From Candidatus Bathyarchaeia archaeon (GTDB taxonomy: Archaea; Thermoproteota; Bathyarchaeia; Bathyarchaeales; Bathycorpusculaceae), in the NCBI GenBank assembly GCA_038727135.1, contig JAVYWL010000003.1, positions 169,633 to 233,632 of the forward strand: a stretch of DNA of 64,000 bases, read 5' to 3'. The first letter of the stretch is position 1. Each line of letters opens with the position of its first letter. A program made the position numbers and the translations under genes. The notes beneath the pieces were generated by a model. That model saw only the letters and a program-made list of their open reading frames with translations. It was not told where the DNA came from and searched no databases. Shown here in pieces: positions 1 through 9,562 of this stretch.

Positions 1-601
1 CCGCATACAAGAGCGGTCGGGCTTTCGGTGCAGCCATCAAGCCAGCTTCCAGAACTGTTGGGTTCAGGGAGCATAAAATCATTGGTAGTTTTGTGTTTTC
101 TGCCACCTTGCGCACTGCTGCCTTAAACTTGTCCGGGTCGTTGGACGTTGAGCGAACAGCAACCATGTCCAACTTTAAAATTTGCCCGATATACTCGTAG
201 CGGAATTCTTCAACCCGTTTGATGCGGCTTAGGATTTCTTCTTCTGGCATCTCATCTGTTACATCTATGGCTATGGCTGTTGGGTTAAAGTATGTAAGCT
301 CGTGGCGGTACATGACAAGTTTTCCGCCGATTTTAACAGCCCTTTCACCAGTGCCGATGACAACTTCTTTTATGGCTGGTTTCAGCATTTCCTTAAGCTG
401 TTTGTAGGCTTTCTCAAACTCCTTCTTCAATATGGGCGGACACTTTTCAATCGGGACTTCGCGGTTTACAACTTTTGTGGCGAAAGCCATGCAGTTTTCT
501 TCGCCGCACTCCTTGCAGTTTGTACGCGGAAGAAGCTTGTAAACGTCTATGGGGCTTAGTTCCTTAACGCCAACCTTGCCTTTGGCTTCCCTTTCACTCA
601 T
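1..601 (-). CDS. cdhE: ACDS complex gamma subunit (corrinoid Fe-S protein large subunit), 5' part; runs off the window edge
   Basis: Manual translation from ATG at 601: MSEREAKGKVGVKELSPIDVYKLLPRTNCKECGEENCMAFA...KCPP (N-terminal 4Fe-4S motif); directly downstream of cdhD. Confidence 0.93.
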   Translation of the reverse strand, partial: MSEREAKGKVGVKELSPIDVYKLLPRTNCKECGEENCMAFATKVVNREVPIEKCPPILKKEFEKAYKQLKEMLKPAIKEVVIGTGERAVKIGGKLVMYRHELTYFNPTAIAIDVTDEMPEEEILSRIKRVEEFRYEYIGQILKLDMVAVRSTSNDPDKFKAAVRKVAENTKLPMILCSLNPTVLEAGLMAAPKARPLLYA

Positions 602-628
602 AACGCCTCAAACCTCCATTAAACCCTT

Positions 629-1852
629 TTAAACTTTGGCGGTAACCCATTCCACAAGCCTATCAGCCTTGCCGGACTTGCCGCCCATAAGCTGGGCTAT
701 AATGTCTTTCACTGTTTTGACGGCTGCTGGGTGCATCATCATGAAAAGGTCTACGCCAGCCAATAGAAGCGTTAAAGCTGTAACAACCTCCCATAAGGGT
801 CCTCGAAGCTCGCGGGGCTCCCACTCAGGAGCCATTTTAAGCCAAGCCTCTCGGGCTGCCCAAGCGTTGGTTGTTCCAGAAGACATGGGATGCGCCAGCT
901 CAGGGTCACCCATCAAAGCCGCTAGACGAGCCCTCTCCATGTTTGTGAAGGCATAGTCCAAACCGTAACCTAAAGCCGCCGTTGTTAAGTCCATGACGAT
1001 GTCCTCTTTAGCCAAGAAATCGTACAGCCGACGGTTCAGCTCCCTAGCCAAGTTCAAGTCCATAGGCGTAAACGAAAGTGCCACATGCCCATTCCTTTTA
1101 ATGAATTTGGCGCAGCGTTCAACGTCCATATCCCTTGTAACAGAGCTTATCAAGAAACGTTCGCCGGCAAAGGTTTCGCAAACTTCTTGGAAGACATTCG
1201 CATCTTTCACTGGGTCGCCGCAGCCGCCGATGATTAGTGGCACGTCCACTGCTTGTGCAACAGCCTCAACGGTTTTAACAGCCTCCTTGGGTGAAGCATC
1301 CTTGACAAGCGGGTCAATGCTGATTAGGTGGATGGTTATCAAGTCTGCGCCGAACTTTTCAACAGCCAGTTTAGCCCAAGCCGCCGGGTCGCCTAAAACA
1401 TCCTTAACATGCATCTTAACAGCCTTGGCAAGCGGGACCTCCATGTCAAAAACGTCCAAGGATATGACTGGCGGATGGGGCGTAGGTCTCTCAAAAGTGT
1501 AGAAGGCTGGAGTGGTTTCGCCGCCGATAACAACCGTTTTGCCCCTTGTCCCACCCTCACTTTTTGTGGCTCCAAGTTTAACCTCAACAACTTTTCCCGG
1601 ATAAGTTTCAACCGGTGGGACGAATTCGGCTTCAATTATTTGGGTGGGTTTAGCCTTAACTGGTGGGGCGACTTTTGGCGGGGCAATTACTGGAGCTGCC
1701 ACTGCGCCGGGTTGAAGCCAAATTTCTAGGTCGCCAACTTCCATCTCAAAGTCTTCAAGCTCAATTTCTTGAAGCTTCGCCAGAAGCTCCAGCAGCCGAG
1801 AGTTCAGCTTTAACCCTAAAACCGTCTCGTCCTTTTCCTTCTTTTCAGCCAA
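629..1852 (-). CDS. cdhD: ACDS delta subunit (CFeSP small subunit)
   Basis: GGTRGKTVVIGGE, ALGYGLDY, NAWAAREAW, LAGVDLFMMMHP motifs; operon context. Confidence 0.96.
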   Translation of the reverse strand: MAEKKEKDETVLGLKLNSRLLELLAKLQEIELEDFEMEVGDLEIWLQPGAVAAPVIAPPKVAPPVKAKPTQIIEAEFVPPVETYPGKVVEVKLGATKSEGGTRGKTVVIGGETTPAFYTFERPTPHPPVISLDVFDMEVPLAKAVKMHVKDVLGDPAAWAKLAVEKFGADLITIHLISIDPLVKDASPKEAVKTVEAVAQAVDVPLIIGGCGDPVKDANVFQEVCETFAGERFLISSVTRDMDVERCAKFIKRNGHVALSFTPMDLNLARELNRRLYDFLAKEDIVMDLTTAALGYGLDYAFTNMERARLAALMGDPELAHPMSSGTTNAWAAREAWLKMAPEWEPRELRGPLWEVVTALTLLLAGVDLFMMMHPAAVKTVKDIIAQLMGGKSGKADRLVEWVTAKV

Positions 1853-1859
1853 GTTTCTT

Positions 1860-3281
1860 TCACCTTTTCTCTGTTTTCTCGCTTTTAACAGAGCGAATTA
1901 TGACGCGTTTGGCGTAGATTTTGGCGTCCTTCAGTATGATTTTGTATCCGCCAGCAGTTATGGGAAGAGTAGCCGCAGTGATTGTTGGAACCATGGCTGG
2001 TGCAGCTTCTTCTCGTGCTTCAGCTTCTGCAGGAATAGCCTCTGGAACGGCTACAACTTCCTCTTTCCAGCGGTCAACAACCGGGTGGCCGCGGGCTTTC
2101 AGGAAAGCCTTTAGCTCATCAATGGTTTTGGCATCTTCTTCTGTGGCGATTTTGTCCACAAGCTCTGGTGGAATAAAGTTCTTAACACGTTCCTTCACTT
2201 CCTTTGGCATCCAGACAACGCGTTTGTAGCCGCCGTCGGCCTGCAAGAACTTTGTAGAGCGCATGTACTCGATGGATATGCCGTGGAAACCGTCCACTTG
2301 ACGCCCACCGGCAGTTGAGTCCGCCAACGTGGAGAAGGCTAAACCGTTCACGGTTACTTCCTTATAGCCTCTGTGGACTATGCCGAAGCCGTCCACTTCT
2401 GGGATGTAGAAGGCAACGCCCTCAAAACAGCCACATGAGGTGTGGGGATAGCCAAAAGCTGTGTAAAGCCAAACGCGGTTTATCTCGCCCAAGGTGCGCT
2501 TCTTAACAGCCTCATTCACACCGGAATACTCGCCTTTTTCAGGGTCTAAAAGCTCGCCTCTGTCAATTTCGAATATGGGACCTTTTGGGTCTATGTTGGC
2601 TGAAGCCCTAGCATCAAACCAGCTTATGGCACCACAATTAGAGTAGCGCTGTGGCGTTATCACACAGCAGTGGGTTGGCGCAAAAGACTGACATAAGATG
2701 CAGCCATAAAACTTGTCCACTTCTTCGTCCTTAAGACCCCTAGCCCTCGCATCTCTTGCCTCATAAATCTGTAAGGCTTGAGGGTAAAGCTCTTTTACCT
2801 TTTCGGCGTCGGTTATGAAGGTTACTTGCATTTTCTCGATTATTGGAAGTTCGCTCTTAAACAGCCTATGCAAGACCTTGCCGATAAATTGGAAGGAGTT
2901 TAAGCCCTTTTGGTAGGACTTCTTGCTAAGCCTTAACCAGATGTCGTATCGCTGGTTTAGGTGCATGAAACCCTCAATATAGTTGCAGTAGGCGTGGATA
3001 CGCCTCTCAATGACACCCTCCAGTTCTGGCTCCAGTTTGGCGCCAGCCACCTCGATGATAATTCCGAACGGGTAGGTTTTGCCCTCCTCCATGTCCTTAA
3101 TGTCTGGACCAATGATGATTATTTTTCCGTCTTCGACTTCCTCTGGCTTTTTGACCCTTGCAAGTTCAAATTTTTCTTTGACGTCTGGTCCGCCGAGCTC
3201 CACAAACATGTCCTTTCTTCGGATTCTTTCGCCCTCGTAGATTACGCCCACGTCGACGGGTATGTCTTGAAACATGCTCAT
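1860..3281 (-). CDS. cdhC: ACDS beta subunit (acetyl-CoA synthase)
   Basis: CILCQSFAPTH, CGAISW, PHTSCGCFE A-cluster motifs; FLQADGG. Confidence 0.97.
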   Translation of the reverse strand: MSMFQDIPVDVGVIYEGERIRRKDMFVELGGPDVKEKFELARVKKPEEVEDGKIIIIGPDIKDMEEGKTYPFGIIIEVAGAKLEPELEGVIERRIHAYCNYIEGFMHLNQRYDIWLRLSKKSYQKGLNSFQFIGKVLHRLFKSELPIIEKMQVTFITDAEKVKELYPQALQIYEARDARARGLKDEEVDKFYGCILCQSFAPTHCCVITPQRYSNCGAISWFDARASANIDPKGPIFEIDRGELLDPEKGEYSGVNEAVKKRTLGEINRVWLYTAFGYPHTSCGCFEGVAFYIPEVDGFGIVHRGYKEVTVNGLAFSTLADSTAGGRQVDGFHGISIEYMRSTKFLQADGGYKRVVWMPKEVKERVKNFIPPELVDKIATEEDAKTIDELKAFLKARGHPVVDRWKEEVVAVPEAIPAEAEAREEAAPAMVPTITAATLPITAGGYKIILKDAKIYAKRVIIRSVKSEKTEKR

Positions 3282-3299
3282 TTCCTATTTTCGCCTCCT

Positions 3300-3830
3300 T
3301 CAAACCTTCTCCATTATGACTTTAAGGTTTTTCACCCACTCCTCGTGGGAAAGATTTGGGAAAGACCAACTTGCATGAGGATGATAAACATTATCTAAAG
3401 ATATCGTCTTCAAGTGTTGGGCGAAATGCTTCAGCCCCGACAAGATTGTCCACTCCATGTAATAGTAGAGTCCCACAAACAAGGCTAGGTCATGCTGTCC
3501 CTTACCGTCAACACCCGCCCAATCCGGGTCGACGAGGCGGTTTCCAATATCAACAGCCGGCATGAAAGCCGCTGGCTTAAAACCCCGCTTTGTGAACTCG
3601 CCTATCATGTGGGCTGTAGCCACAACTGGGATGCCGCTCTTCTTTGAAAACTCAATTATGAAGTCTATGAGTTTCCCACCGTCAAAGTCTATTTCAGCCG
3701 CCTTATGCCCAACAACAAGCACCGGATGCTTAGCCCGTTTTATCATGGCCGCAACAACTTCAGGCTTAGTAATAACTAAAGCCTTTTTTGGTCCAGGAAT
3801 TTCAGCCGTTTGCCAAGGTTCAGCCGCCAT
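3300..3830 (-). CDS. cdhB: ACDS epsilon subunit
   Basis: AMIKRAKHPVLVVG, W.GVDGKGQHDL, ILSGLKHFA; position between cdhA and cdhC. Confidence 0.95.
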   Translation of the reverse strand: MAAEPWQTAEIPGPKKALVITKPEVVAAMIKRAKHPVLVVGHKAAEIDFDGGKLIDFIIEFSKKSGIPVVATAHMIGEFTKRGFKPAAFMPAVDIGNRLVDPDWAGVDGKGQHDLALFVGLYYYMEWTILSGLKHFAQHLKTISLDNVYHPHASWSFPNLSHEEWVKNLKVIMEKV

Positions 3831-3845
3831 AACGCTATCCCTCCA

Positions 3846-6203
3846 TCACTCCTTCCTCTTCCTTATAAGTCTAGGCAACAGCGTCGGGTCTGGAATGATT
3901 GTTTCCTTCCAGCCCTTCTCCTCTAGAATCTTTATGATTTCATCCTTCATTGTTACTGGTATGTCGGCGACTGTCCGCACGAAGCGGTGGATGTCTTCTG
4001 GCATGGTTCCATAAAGGCGTTTATGCAAATCAACATAATGTGTCAACTTTATGGCTCTTCCCTTCGTGGTATCGTTGGGGCGCATACAAAGCTTAGCGAT
4101 CATAACCATGGCTTCCTCCTTAGTTTCAGCCGCATAGAACAAGTGCTCCGGTGCAGGTCCCACATAGACCTTTTCGCCGGTCCTAGCATCATAAACGTAC
4201 CAGTCTTCCTCACGGTCAGCCCTTCCCAAAAGCATGCGCCTATACTTGATGCCATGAGGACCAACAATAACTGGAACGCCTAAACGCCAGAAGCCAGCGG
4301 CTATTGAAGCAGCTTTTTGGGAGTATGCTCCCCATGCAACGCCAACGGCGCCCACACGGTTTAGGATGTAGTCGGCAATCTCCTCGTAATTGGCGCGCAG
4401 ATTTCTCTTAGCAAAGATGTTGGCAATTTTTATTGCTGCGCCGGCGATATGCGCGTTAGCAACGCATGAACCAACGTTCACCATGCATCCAGCCGTGAAC
4501 TCTCCTGTAAACTCTTCATACGGAGTTTTGCCCTCTTCGTTCTTGTACATGCCAGCCGTCATGGCGGCGCATCCAGAAGTGACGACTATGTAGCGTCTGC
4601 TGGCGAATTCGCGGCACATTTCCGCAACTTCTATCCCGCCTTTCGGGTAGTTGGCGCATCCAACGAAGGCAATTACGCCCGGAATCTCGCCGAGAACTAT
4701 TGGGCTTCCCACGTTTCGGATTTCCACGTCTTGTATGGGGCCTCTTCCAGCCCGCACCTTGTAGGTTTCCTCTTTAAGCTTCTTCTCCCCAGCCTTAACA
4801 ATGAAGCTGTGAATTTGCAAGCTTACCGGGCATGCTTCCTCGCATCGTCCGCATCCAACGCACAAGTCGTATAGTTCTGCAAGCTTAGCTAAAGAGCCTT
4901 CCATGGCGGCTTTCATGGCTTCTGGAATGTGCAGGTCTTGTGGGCAAGCTCTTCGGCAGTCGCCGCACTGGCGGCACTCCTTCGCCTTTTGCAGAACTTC
5001 ATCCACCTCTGGAATTGCCTTAAACTTCTTCCTTAAAGGTGCCACTTTCAAGGCTACTTTAACAGCGACTTCGCCTACTTTTTCTGGGTCCAAGATTAAT
5101 GCGCCTGGGATTTTGCCGCTTACAAGGTCTTCAACTATGGCGTCTGCCGGGTCGTTTGTGCGGTTTGGCAAGCCCATGCAGTTCTTTTCAGAAGCCACAA
5201 TAACAGGAGCCTTAATCCGCTGAGCCTCATAAAAGGAGTCCGTCCGGATGCACTGCTCATCTAAAACAACAACGTCTGGAACTCCGCTTCTTATGAAGCG
5301 TAATTGCCAAGAAATTGGTCCAATAATCTTTCCCCTTTTATAATAGCGTGTTATGTCATGGGCTGTGCAGCATAAGCCGCAAACTTCTATTTCTCCGTCC
5401 AGCCCGTTCTCCTTCATATAGTCAATTATGCCCACGGATGGAACAACATTATGCCCTATGCAGAGGATTACTGGCTTTTCAATGTTTACTGTTCCATAGC
5501 CTAAATCCACAAGCGGCGCGTCAGGGTCAGCCTTTGGAAAGCCGTAGGCGGCTATTTGGGCTATGTCAGCCACTTCCATGCCAACATGGTCCAACATGCC
5601 TACGTGGAAAACCTTCGACTCGAAGTCGAGGTTGCTTCCCTCCTGCCCAGTGTGGCAAACAGACAAGCAGTGGGTAACCTGTGTCTCCACGTAATCCAAT
5701 ATTTCTTCAAGGTCGCCGAGGGTTTCAGGCTTAACTCCGCAGACAAGCCTTGTAATTGGCGCTTCCACTTGAACGTTCAATCCGCCAACGTCTAGGGGCA
5801 TTCTTCTACCATATTTCTCGATTAAGTGCTCCACCATGTGGCGGGCATGCCCAGTATGGGTTGCAGCACCAATACAGCATGCCAAAAGCACTATGCGGGA
5901 CTGTTGGGCAGACATGTTTATGCCACATGCACCGCGCTTGTTTCCAGTTAGGTCGCATTTGCCAAAAGTGCAGAGGCAGCAGACATCACAGAAAGGCAGA
6001 TAAAAGGGCTTGTAGCGCTGCAGAAGCTTCATGTCCCATTCGCGTAGGGCTGTCAATGATGGGAAAGGCGTTGGGCCCATCGGTTCAGCCCATGCTTCCT
6101 CAACTATCTTGCCAATGGACAATTCAAGGTTTTTGATAAGCCCCAAGTCTGTCTTCATTTCTCCAATTTTCACATGTAATCCTTTCTTGCTCAAGGTAAA
6201 CAC
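3846..6203 (-). CDS. cdhA: ACDS alpha subunit (Ni-CO dehydrogenase)
   Basis: [14 protein letters not shown], two ferredoxin motifs ([24 protein letters not shown]), GSCVANAH; true start may be the TTG at about 6194. Confidence 0.97.
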   Translation of the reverse strand: MFTLSKKGLHVKIGEMKTDLGLIKNLELSIGKIVEEAWAEPMGPTPFPSLTALREWDMKLLQRYKPFYLPFCDVCCLCTFGKCDLTGNKRGACGINMSAQQSRIVLLACCIGAATHTGHARHMVEHLIEKYGRRMPLDVGGLNVQVEAPITRLVCGVKPETLGDLEEILDYVETQVTHCLSVCHTGQEGSNLDFESKVFHVGMLDHVGMEVADIAQIAAYGFPKADPDAPLVDLGYGTVNIEKPVILCIGHNVVPSVGIIDYMKENGLDGEIEVCGLCCTAHDITRYYKRGKIIGPISWQLRFIRSGVPDVVVLDEQCIRTDSFYEAQRIKAPVIVASEKNCMGLPNRTNDPADAIVEDLVSGKIPGALILDPEKVGEVAVKVALKVAPLRKKFKAIPEVDEVLQKAKECRQCGDCRRACPQDLHIPEAMKAAMEGSLAKLAELYDLCVGCGRCEEACPVSLQIHSFIVKAGEKKLKEETYKVRAGRGPIQDVEIRNVGSPIVLGEIPGVIAFVGCANYPKGGIEVAEMCREFASRRYIVVTSGCAAMTAGMYKNEEGKTPYEEFTGEFTAGCMVNVGSCVANAHIAGAAIKIANIFAKRNLRANYEEIADYILNRVGAVGVAWGAYSQKAASIAAGFWRLGVPVIVGPHGIKYRRMLLGRADREEDWYVYDARTGEKVYVGPAPEHLFYAAETKEEAMVMIAKLCMRPNDTTKGRAIKLTHYVDLHKRLYGTMPEDIHRFVRTVADIPVTMKDEIIKILEEKGWKETIIPDPTLLPRLIRKRKE

Positions 6204-6223
6204 AACCCAGAGTAGAAGGTTCT

Positions 6224-6253
6224 AATGTCAGCATCTAACATTTTAAGCTTTTC
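6224..6253 (-). promoter_or_regulatory. Probable cdh operon promoter (BRE/TATA-like GAAAAGCTTAAAA) with an overlapping imperfect palindrome
   Basis: AATGTCAG-CAT-CTAACATT (7/8 inverted repeat) abuts the TATA-like element upstream of cdhA. Confidence 0.45.
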
Positions 6254-6286
6254 CAGAAACTTACACCAAACGTTATGTGAATTAGG

Positions 6287-7057
6287 CTACGCTCTGCCAT
6301 AACCAGCATTTTCCATTATCTTTTTAACAGAAATGTAAGCCGGAGTTTCCGGTGATATCCCCAGCAAAGATTTTCCAGCAAGAACATATTCCTCAACGTT
6401 CTCGTCGTAGGCTATGCTGCCCAAAAACTTGAAGGGCAAAACCTTTCTGGCTTGGTTTTCTAGGTTTTCTGGGAAGCGAAAACCGCCAACTACGTAGAAG
6501 TTCTGAAAGGCTATTTTAACCTCCTTAGCCACGCGGTAGGCACGCTCCACATGGTCAAAAGACTTCTTCGAAGGGTCAATGACGTCGAAGATGTCGTCCA
6601 CTTTGGATGTTATACGCCTATTCAAGTGTTCTAAGCCAGCTGGGGAATCAATTAGAACATACTTGTAGTTTTTTGTTAGTGATTCTAATGCGCCTTTTAG
6701 GGCTGCGTTTGGTAGGCAGTAGCATCCTTCAACCCACTTTGTTCCAAGCGCAATAAAATCAAAGTGTTCACCTTCATACATTCCATGAGCCCAAATTCGG
6801 CTTTCAATGCGCTCTGTTGGTGGTACTCCAACGGTTGTTCCACCCTCTTCTAGGAAGGTTTCCACGAGAAGTTCTGAAATGGATTTTTTGCCTGCTGCGT
6901 GGAGGTCTACGCCAACCATCTCGCCCAAATTCTGGTCCGGGTCGGCATCCACAAGAAGGAGTGGAGCCTCACCCAATTCTATGAAGTATTTTGTCATTAG
7001 GGCTACGAAGCTTGTTTTTCCGGTGCCTCCCCGCCCCATGGTGACAAGAATTTTCAT
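6287..7057 (-). CDS. cooC: CooC/AcsF-type Ni-insertion ATPase
   Basis: GRGGTGKT Walker A, DADPDQNL, GCYC metal motif, DSPAGLEHLNR. Confidence 0.9.
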   Translation of the reverse strand: MKILVTMGRGGTGKTSFVALMTKYFIELGEAPLLLVDADPDQNLGEMVGVDLHAAGKKSISELLVETFLEEGGTTVGVPPTERIESRIWAHGMYEGEHFDFIALGTKWVEGCYCLPNAALKGALESLTKNYKYVLIDSPAGLEHLNRRITSKVDDIFDVIDPSKKSFDHVERAYRVAKEVKIAFQNFYVVGGFRFPENLENQARKVLPFKFLGSIAYDENVEEYVLAGKSLLGISPETPAYISVKKIMENAGYGRA

Positions 7058-7105
7058 GCTTTAAGTTCCCTTCTTGGCTGGTTCATCCTATTGCTTTAGA
7101 CATTA

Positions 7106-7894
7106 TTAGGTGTTGCCTTGCAAAAGTTTGTCGCATAATCTTTCTATGGCTTTAATGGCTAGGATATCCCCATATTTTAGGGGTGTTTCTCCCCTCATTT
7201 CAGCCTCCACAACTTTTGGGTCGAAGGGCAAATAATCCAGAACCGTCAAGCTGTTTTCTTTGGCATACTTTTCAATAGCCTCTTTTTGAGCTTCGTTTTC
7301 AATCTTGTTTCCAATCAGAAGGATGCGGTTCATTCCGGCTTTTATGCCTAACTCGTGGATGCGTTTGGCTGTTTCAAGAGCCTTCACATTAGCATTAACA
7401 ACAACAAGCATGGTATCCACGTGTCGCGCTGTGCCCCGCCCCATGTGCTCAACACCGGCTTCCATGTCCAAGACAACAGCCTCGCCTCGTTCAACAACCA
7501 AGTGCCTCAAAAGCGAACGGATAACAGCATTAGCCGGACAAGTGCACCCAGCCCCAGCAGAACGAACAGTCCCCATGACGATTAAGTTCACGCCAAAAGG
7601 CGTTTTAACGGCGTAGTCTCGCACAATATCATCAACAGTGAATGTTAAGCGGAAAACACCAGCATAACCAGTACTCGTCTTCGCTTCGATAAGCTGCTTA
7701 TTCTCGGATATAGGCACTATACGGCTGGCTTCCTCAGAGGACAAGCCTAAAGTCAAGGCGAGATTGGGCGAAGGATCAGCATCAATAGCAATGGTCCTAA
7801 ACCCTCTTTTGGTTAAGGCGTACGCCAAACCGCCAGCAACAAGAGTTTTGCCGACGCCGCCCTTACCAGAAACAGCCACCTTCATAAAATTCAC
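7106..7894 (-). CDS. cooC: CooC-type Ni-insertion ATPase (second paralog)
   Basis: SGKGGVGKT, DADPSPNL, GCTCP, DMEAGVEHMGRG. Confidence 0.92.
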   Translation of the reverse strand: MNFMKVAVSGKGGVGKTLVAGGLAYALTKRGFRTIAIDADPSPNLALTLGLSSEEASRIVPISENKQLIEAKTSTGYAGVFRLTFTVDDIVRDYAVKTPFGVNLIVMGTVRSAGAGCTCPANAVIRSLLRHLVVERGEAVVLDMEAGVEHMGRGTARHVDTMLVVVNANVKALETAKRIHELGIKAGMNRILLIGNKIENEAQKEAIEKYAKENSLTVLDYLPFDPKVVEAEMRGETPLKYGDILAIKAIERLCDKLLQGNT

Positions 7895-7904
7895 CGAAAC
7901 ACGA

Positions 7905-8327
7905 TTAGACCTTCACTTCAGCAAGCGTCCGCGCCTCCACTTCCTTGAGCTGTCTAAAATGGGGGTCCTCTGTTAATATGATGTCAGCTCTTTCAAGAAA
8001 AGCAGTAGCGGCTATTATGCAGTCTCCCCATGGAATCTTCTCTTGATATTTGTGCCTGAAAATCCCGGCTTGTTTAGCCACATCTGCTGTTAAATTTATG
8101 ATTTCCAACCCTGAGTTAACAAGTTCTCTAAAAAATTTTTCTGCAACATCCCTGCCCGCCCTTTTACGCGTTAACAAGTAAAATTCTCCAAGAACAATTG
8201 TTGGCAGGATTCCCTTATTCCCAAGTTTCCTACATTGGGTGAGGATTTTCTGAGTTTTGCCTAGAACATCTTCTTCGTCAGAAAAATAATGGAGCACAAG
8301 AAAAGTTGTGTCAAGCACAATAATCAT
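7905..8327 (-). CDS. vapC: PIN-domain (VapC) toxin
   Basis: VLDTT N-terminus, GDCIIAATA, ILTEDPHF. Confidence 0.88.
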   Translation of the reverse strand: MIIVLDTTFLVLHYFSDEEDVLGKTQKILTQCRKLGNKGILPTIVLGEFYLLTRKRAGRDVAEKFFRELVNSGLEIINLTADVAKQAGIFRHKYQEKIPWGDCIIAATAFLERADIILTEDPHFRQLKEVEARTLAEVKV

Positions 8328-8336
8328 AGGATTCCT

Positions 8337-8567
8337 TCAGCGGAAGTTTTCTTCTCTTGCTTTTATAAGCTCGGCAATTAACTCTTTCGGATTCCCGTAT
8401 TTTGCTAACTTACCAGCCGAGTCAACAATATCTGGCACTGGTTTTATAACTAACCCGTTCTCTGTCTCCTCAAAAATCACAAGGCTTCCTTCCCGAAGGT
8501 TATATTTCCTTCTAAATTGAACAGGAATTGTTGTCTGCCCCTTCTTGGTTATTTTTGAGTAAGACAT
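8337..8567 (-). CDS. AbrB/MazE-family antitoxin
   Basis: SKITKKGQTTIPVQFRRKYNLREG...LVIKP; immediately upstream of vapC. Confidence 0.88.
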   Translation of the reverse strand: MSYSKITKKGQTTIPVQFRRKYNLREGSLVIFEETENGLVIKPVPDIVDSAGKLAKYGNPKELIAELIKAREENFR

Positions 8568-8598
8568 TTTAATTCTCTTACAATATGAAGGTCTTACT
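8558..8598. promoter_or_regulatory. Inverted-repeat operator at the vapBC promoter
   Basis: AGTAAGAC (8558-8565) / GTCTTACT (8591-8598) perfect 8-bp inverted repeat plus an internal half-site CTCTTAC, spanning the antitoxin start codon. Confidence 0.55.
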
Positions 8599-8623
8599 TT
8601 TTAATAAGCATTACTGAAATGCT

Positions 8624-9547
8624 TCAAAATCTTTCAAGCAGAGCCGCGTACATTATTGGTAGGGCTATTGTGGCGTCTGCCTCTATGGTTACTGTTTTTG
8701 CCTTTTCTCGGATTTTCCCCCATGATACGGCTTCTCTTGGGCGGGCTCCTGATAGGCTTCCATCATATTCTACGGCTGTTGTTATGTAAACCGCATAGTC
8801 TAATCCTTTCTTGAATAGGTTCCACCATAGGACGTGGTGTTTTGATATGCCTCCGCCTATTATTAGGGCTCCAGATTTTTTTGCTTCCCATACCATATCG
8901 TTTAGGAGTTGCTCGTCCTTAAGCACGTTTATTTTTAGGTCTTTGTGGTCCTGGCTGAACTGCCAAATCTGGTAGCCAACTGCACCGTCTGTTATGCCAG
9001 GCACTATTACTGGTATGCCATTCCTCCAGCACCAATATAATATCGAGTTTTCGTGGAGGCGTTTGCCAATCTCCCAACACAACTCGTAGGTGGCAAGTTC
9101 CCTTTTGCCTTCCGCATAAACGCTACTCAAGAACTCCGCCATTTTCTCTTCGATAATTTCGCCATATGAGGCGTTAGGCACCAGCACGTTGCCTATCCGG
9201 CTCACGCCCTTCCTATGCAGTTCCCTATCGTCCATGTAGAAGTCGCCTTGAAAATAGTCTCGGTAGCAACGTGCCAAATCATGGTCCAAGGTGCCACAAG
9301 TCGTAACCAGTACATGGAACCATTTACGCTTAACCATGTCACGAATAATGCCCCTAGTGCCAGTGGCAATGATGCATGCAGGAAAAGAGAGAAAGTTGAG
9401 GATTTTCCGCTCTTTTAGCATCGCCTCGAGAATATCGACGGCGACGGCGAGGTTTTTGGCTGTGAAGCCTCCGCTTTCAAGCATCTGCCGGACAATAGTG
9501 TCTGCGGAAACACCCTTCGAAATTTCGAAGTCCTTCACTTTCTCCAT
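8624..9547 (-). CDS. dys: Deoxyhypusine synthase (canonical archaeal type)
   Basis: GFTAKNL, GGGISKHH, TAVEYDGSLSGARPREAVSWGKI (catalytic Lys). Confidence 0.92.
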   Translation of the reverse strand: MEKVKDFEISKGVSADTIVRQMLESGGFTAKNLAVAVDILEAMLKERKILNFLSFPACIIATGTRGIIRDMVKRKWFHVLVTTCGTLDHDLARCYRDYFQGDFYMDDRELHRKGVSRIGNVLVPNASYGEIIEEKMAEFLSSVYAEGKRELATYELCWEIGKRLHENSILYWCWRNGIPVIVPGITDGAVGYQIWQFSQDHKDLKINVLKDEQLLNDMVWEAKKSGALIIGGGISKHHVLWWNLFKKGLDYAVYITTAVEYDGSLSGARPREAVSWGKIREKAKTVTIEADATIALPIMYAALLERF

Positions 9548-9562
9548 GGAAAACGCCAGAGG

